Virus record (IMG/VR): IMGVR_UViG_3300035501_000922
Source: a virus
Taxonomy: Duplodnaviria; Caudoviricetes
Length of the DNA stretch: 64,000 bases
Strand: one strand, 5' to 3'
Shown: piece after piece, positions 62,042 through 64,000 of the stretch
Position numbering within the stretch: the first letter of the stretch is position 1
Layout of the letters: each line of letters starts with the position of its first letter
Notes under the pieces: generated by a model
The model's input: the letters and a program-made list of their open reading frames with translations, nothing else
What the model was told of the DNA's origin: nothing
The model's database searches: none
Translations under genes and position numbers: made by a program

Positions 62042-62311
62042 TCATCTGAATTTAATTCTGATGTAAATCCCTCTACATGTCTGATATGTATCAATCAATA
62101 CATCCTTAACATTGTCTGGTACATCAAGTTCATTGGCAATTATATTATTAATCTGTGATAGATTATTAGTCTTTACTAGTAGTTCACCGTTGTTTTCGCT
62201 CTGTCGAATCTCATAGCCGTTATCGGTTAATAAAGAAATTATCATATCCATGATATTATCTTTATACTTTTTACATTCAACAAGTGCTGATATTATTTTA
62301 CCGTCGCTCAT
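62042..62311 (-). CDS. Hypothetical protein
   Basis: GAGGGG RBS; early-like motif at about 62332-62342. Confidence 0.65.
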   Translation of the reverse strand: MSDGKIISALVECKKYKDNIMDMIISLLTDNGYEIRQSENNGELLVKTNNLSQINNIIANELDVPDNVKDVLIDTYQTCRGIYIRIKFR

Positions 62312-62428
62312 AATTTCCCCTCACTTTCTGTAATAATATATTTAAAATAGAGTTATAAATAATATAGAAATAAAGTCTGGTAATTATTCATAAAAAACAA
62401 GTTTATAATACGATAAAGAGGTGATATA

Positions 62429-63712
62429 ATGGAAGAATTAACCTTCGAACAATTTGAAATGGATTTATTTGAATCTGAATCTATATTCAATAAAAGTATA
62501 TGTGATACAGAGTTATATGCATATACTGAGTCAGTAAAAGATATTACTGCTAAAATAAAATCAGTTATTTCAAAATTTGTAAATGCATTACATGCATATA
62601 CGGAAAATGTAAAAAGAATAATTGAATTATATAAAACAAAACGAGGTGTAGAGAGAAATCTTAAGGTTATCGAACGTGCTATTAAAAAATGCCCAGAAAT
62701 TTCAAAAGAAAAAATACATTATAGAATATTTTATGGATCTAAAGATGATGTTGATTACTATTCTAAAATCACTAATAACTTAGCATATAGAATAGAGAAT
62801 CTTGACAGTGAATGGATAACAACTATAATAGATAATTACTATAAAAATATAGATTGTACTGATGAGAATCTTAAGGATATATCTATTCAAGCTGCTCTTA
62901 AAAACACAGAAGCAGTAATAGAAGGTATTGAAGAAGAAATTAATGAAACTTATAAATGTATTAGGCATGTTTCTAGTGCTATTGAAAAAAGTAAGAATCT
63001 TAATAATAAACATGCAAGTTTATTTAAGAAAGCAGTACAATCGATACAAAAAGGTATTCAAAGAAAAGTTTATATGATATTCTTGAATATAGAATATCTG
63101 TTTAGTTGTATTCATTCAAGAGTAGTAGACCTTGTTAAAAAGGATTCTAAAGAGTATGTTATTAAACGGATAAGTAGAGAAAACACTGCAATTAAACATT
63201 CTAAAAAAATAGATACCGTGGAGATTTTGGGATATAAAATAGAACTGTATGAAACTGACAGGTATATTCAGTCCGAGTTTGTAACGGGGTCTAACAATAA
63301 CCCGAAAATATATTTAGGTAAAAGATTTAAAGAGCTACCCAGACCTCATCAACTTGCAACATTGTATCATGAATTTGGTCATGTTATAAATGGACACCTC
63401 GGTGCTAATCTATATAGGAATGAGTACAAACTCAGTAAAACTATTAAACGTCGAGCACGAAAATACTTGAATGTAATGAATGCTCCAATGACTGATGAGA
63501 ATAAAAAGATATTATCAGATGATGATGTGTTAGTATACTTATTGATAGAATTAGAAGCTGATGAATTTGCATCTAAAGTTGTCGGAAAACGTGTTATGAA
63601 AAAAACACTTGAAAAGGACTATAAACAATTGGTACGAGATGCAAAACGTGTAAGTGACGAAGCAAAAGCTGGTACATTACTTGCGGGTAAAGCAAGAACG
63701 AAAATGTTATAA
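62429..63712 (+). CDS. Putative internal head protein with C-terminal zinc metallopeptidase domain
   Basis: YTE|S plus amphipathic helix; TLYHEFGH...ELEADEFA; late promoter 62396-62407. Confidence 0.7.
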   Translation: MEELTFEQFEMDLFESESIFNKSICDTELYAYTESVKDITAKIKSVISKFVNALHAYTENVKRIIELYKTKRGVERNLKVIERAIKKCPEISKEKIHYRIFYGSKDDVDYYSKITNNLAYRIENLDSEWITTIIDNYYKNIDCTDENLKDISIQAALKNTEAVIEGIEEEINETYKCIRHVSSAIEKSKNLNNKHASLFKKAVQSIQKGIQRKVYMIFLNIEYLFSCIHSRVVDLVKKDSKEYVIKRISRENTAIKHSKKIDTVEILGYKIELYETDRYIQSEFVTGSNNNPKIYLGKRFKELPRPHQLATLYHEFGHVINGHLGANLYRNEYKLSKTIKRRARKYLNVMNAPMTDENKKILSDDDVLVYLLIELEADEFASKVVGKRVMKKTLEKDYKQLVRDAKRVSDEAKAGTLLAGKARTKML

Positions 63713-63770
63713 AAAAAGATGGTACAGTAATCTGTACCATCTTTTATTGTTTATCTGCGCAAATAAACAA

Positions 63771-64000
63771 TCAAAGTTTAAGCTTAGCTCTTTCCTTGTT
63801 CTTCTTTTTCTTCTTCTTGAATTTCTGCTTAGCTTTCTCTGCTTTTCGTTTTTCATTCGGTGACATTGTTTCACCACTGATTGCATCAGGTAAACTTCTT
63901 GCAGTTCCATCATTATAGGTGCCGAGTGTGAATGACTTAAATTCCTCAGAACCACATAATTTAGTAGCAACTGCAACTGCGGTCTCAATTATAACTTCCT
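63771..64000 (-). CDS. 3' part of a hypothetical protein with basic tail (starts beyond window)
   Basis: Frame EVIIETAVAVATKLCG...KKKKKKNKERAKLKL* followed by hairpins. Confidence 0.55.
   Translation of the reverse strand, partial: EVIIETAVAVATKLCGSEEFKSFTLGTYNDGTARSLPDAISGETMSPNEKRKAEKAKQKFKKKKKKNKERAKLKL

Noticed and set aside
63707-63988. 93-aa minus-strand ORF in the track
   Set aside because: It runs through the terminator; another frame ending at 63771 looks like the real, truncated gene

Overview
AT-rich 64-kb segment of an AR9/PBS1-like (phiKZ-related) jumbo phage. The host is probably an anaerobic Firmicute (Clostridia/Ruminococcus-like NrdD/G, ThyA, GH25 and CHAP lysins, BspA LRRs). 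Core genes include a sigma-like promoter-specificity subunit next to a phage chaperonin, a split family-B DNA polymerase, an RNAP beta-prime C-terminal subunit, NrdD/NrdG, dUTPase, ThyA, DHFR, an SbcD-like nuclease and a 5'-3' exonuclease-like protein. Structural genes include a beta-roll fibre and a large paralogous family of internal head proteins, alongside two lysins and six tRNAs. Seven group I introns (two with HNH endonucleases) and one mini-intein can be located by hand, six introns with both junctions. Two promoter classes are visible: early-like TTATAYATTAT and late-like (A/G)ACA-N6-TA. Most notable: (1) an early array of six signal-less BspA-type LRR genes with a conserved ~46-bp dyad-containing leader, resembling a shufflable binder cassette array; (2) AR9-type sigma and late promoters in a genome that encodes dut/thyA/folA and so is probably thymine-DNA; (3) a tRNA-Ser(ACT) and an unknown structured RNA ending in a tRNA minihelix; (4) a catalytically degenerate PARG-like macrodomain. 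All family assignments come from motif recognition; no database searches were run.
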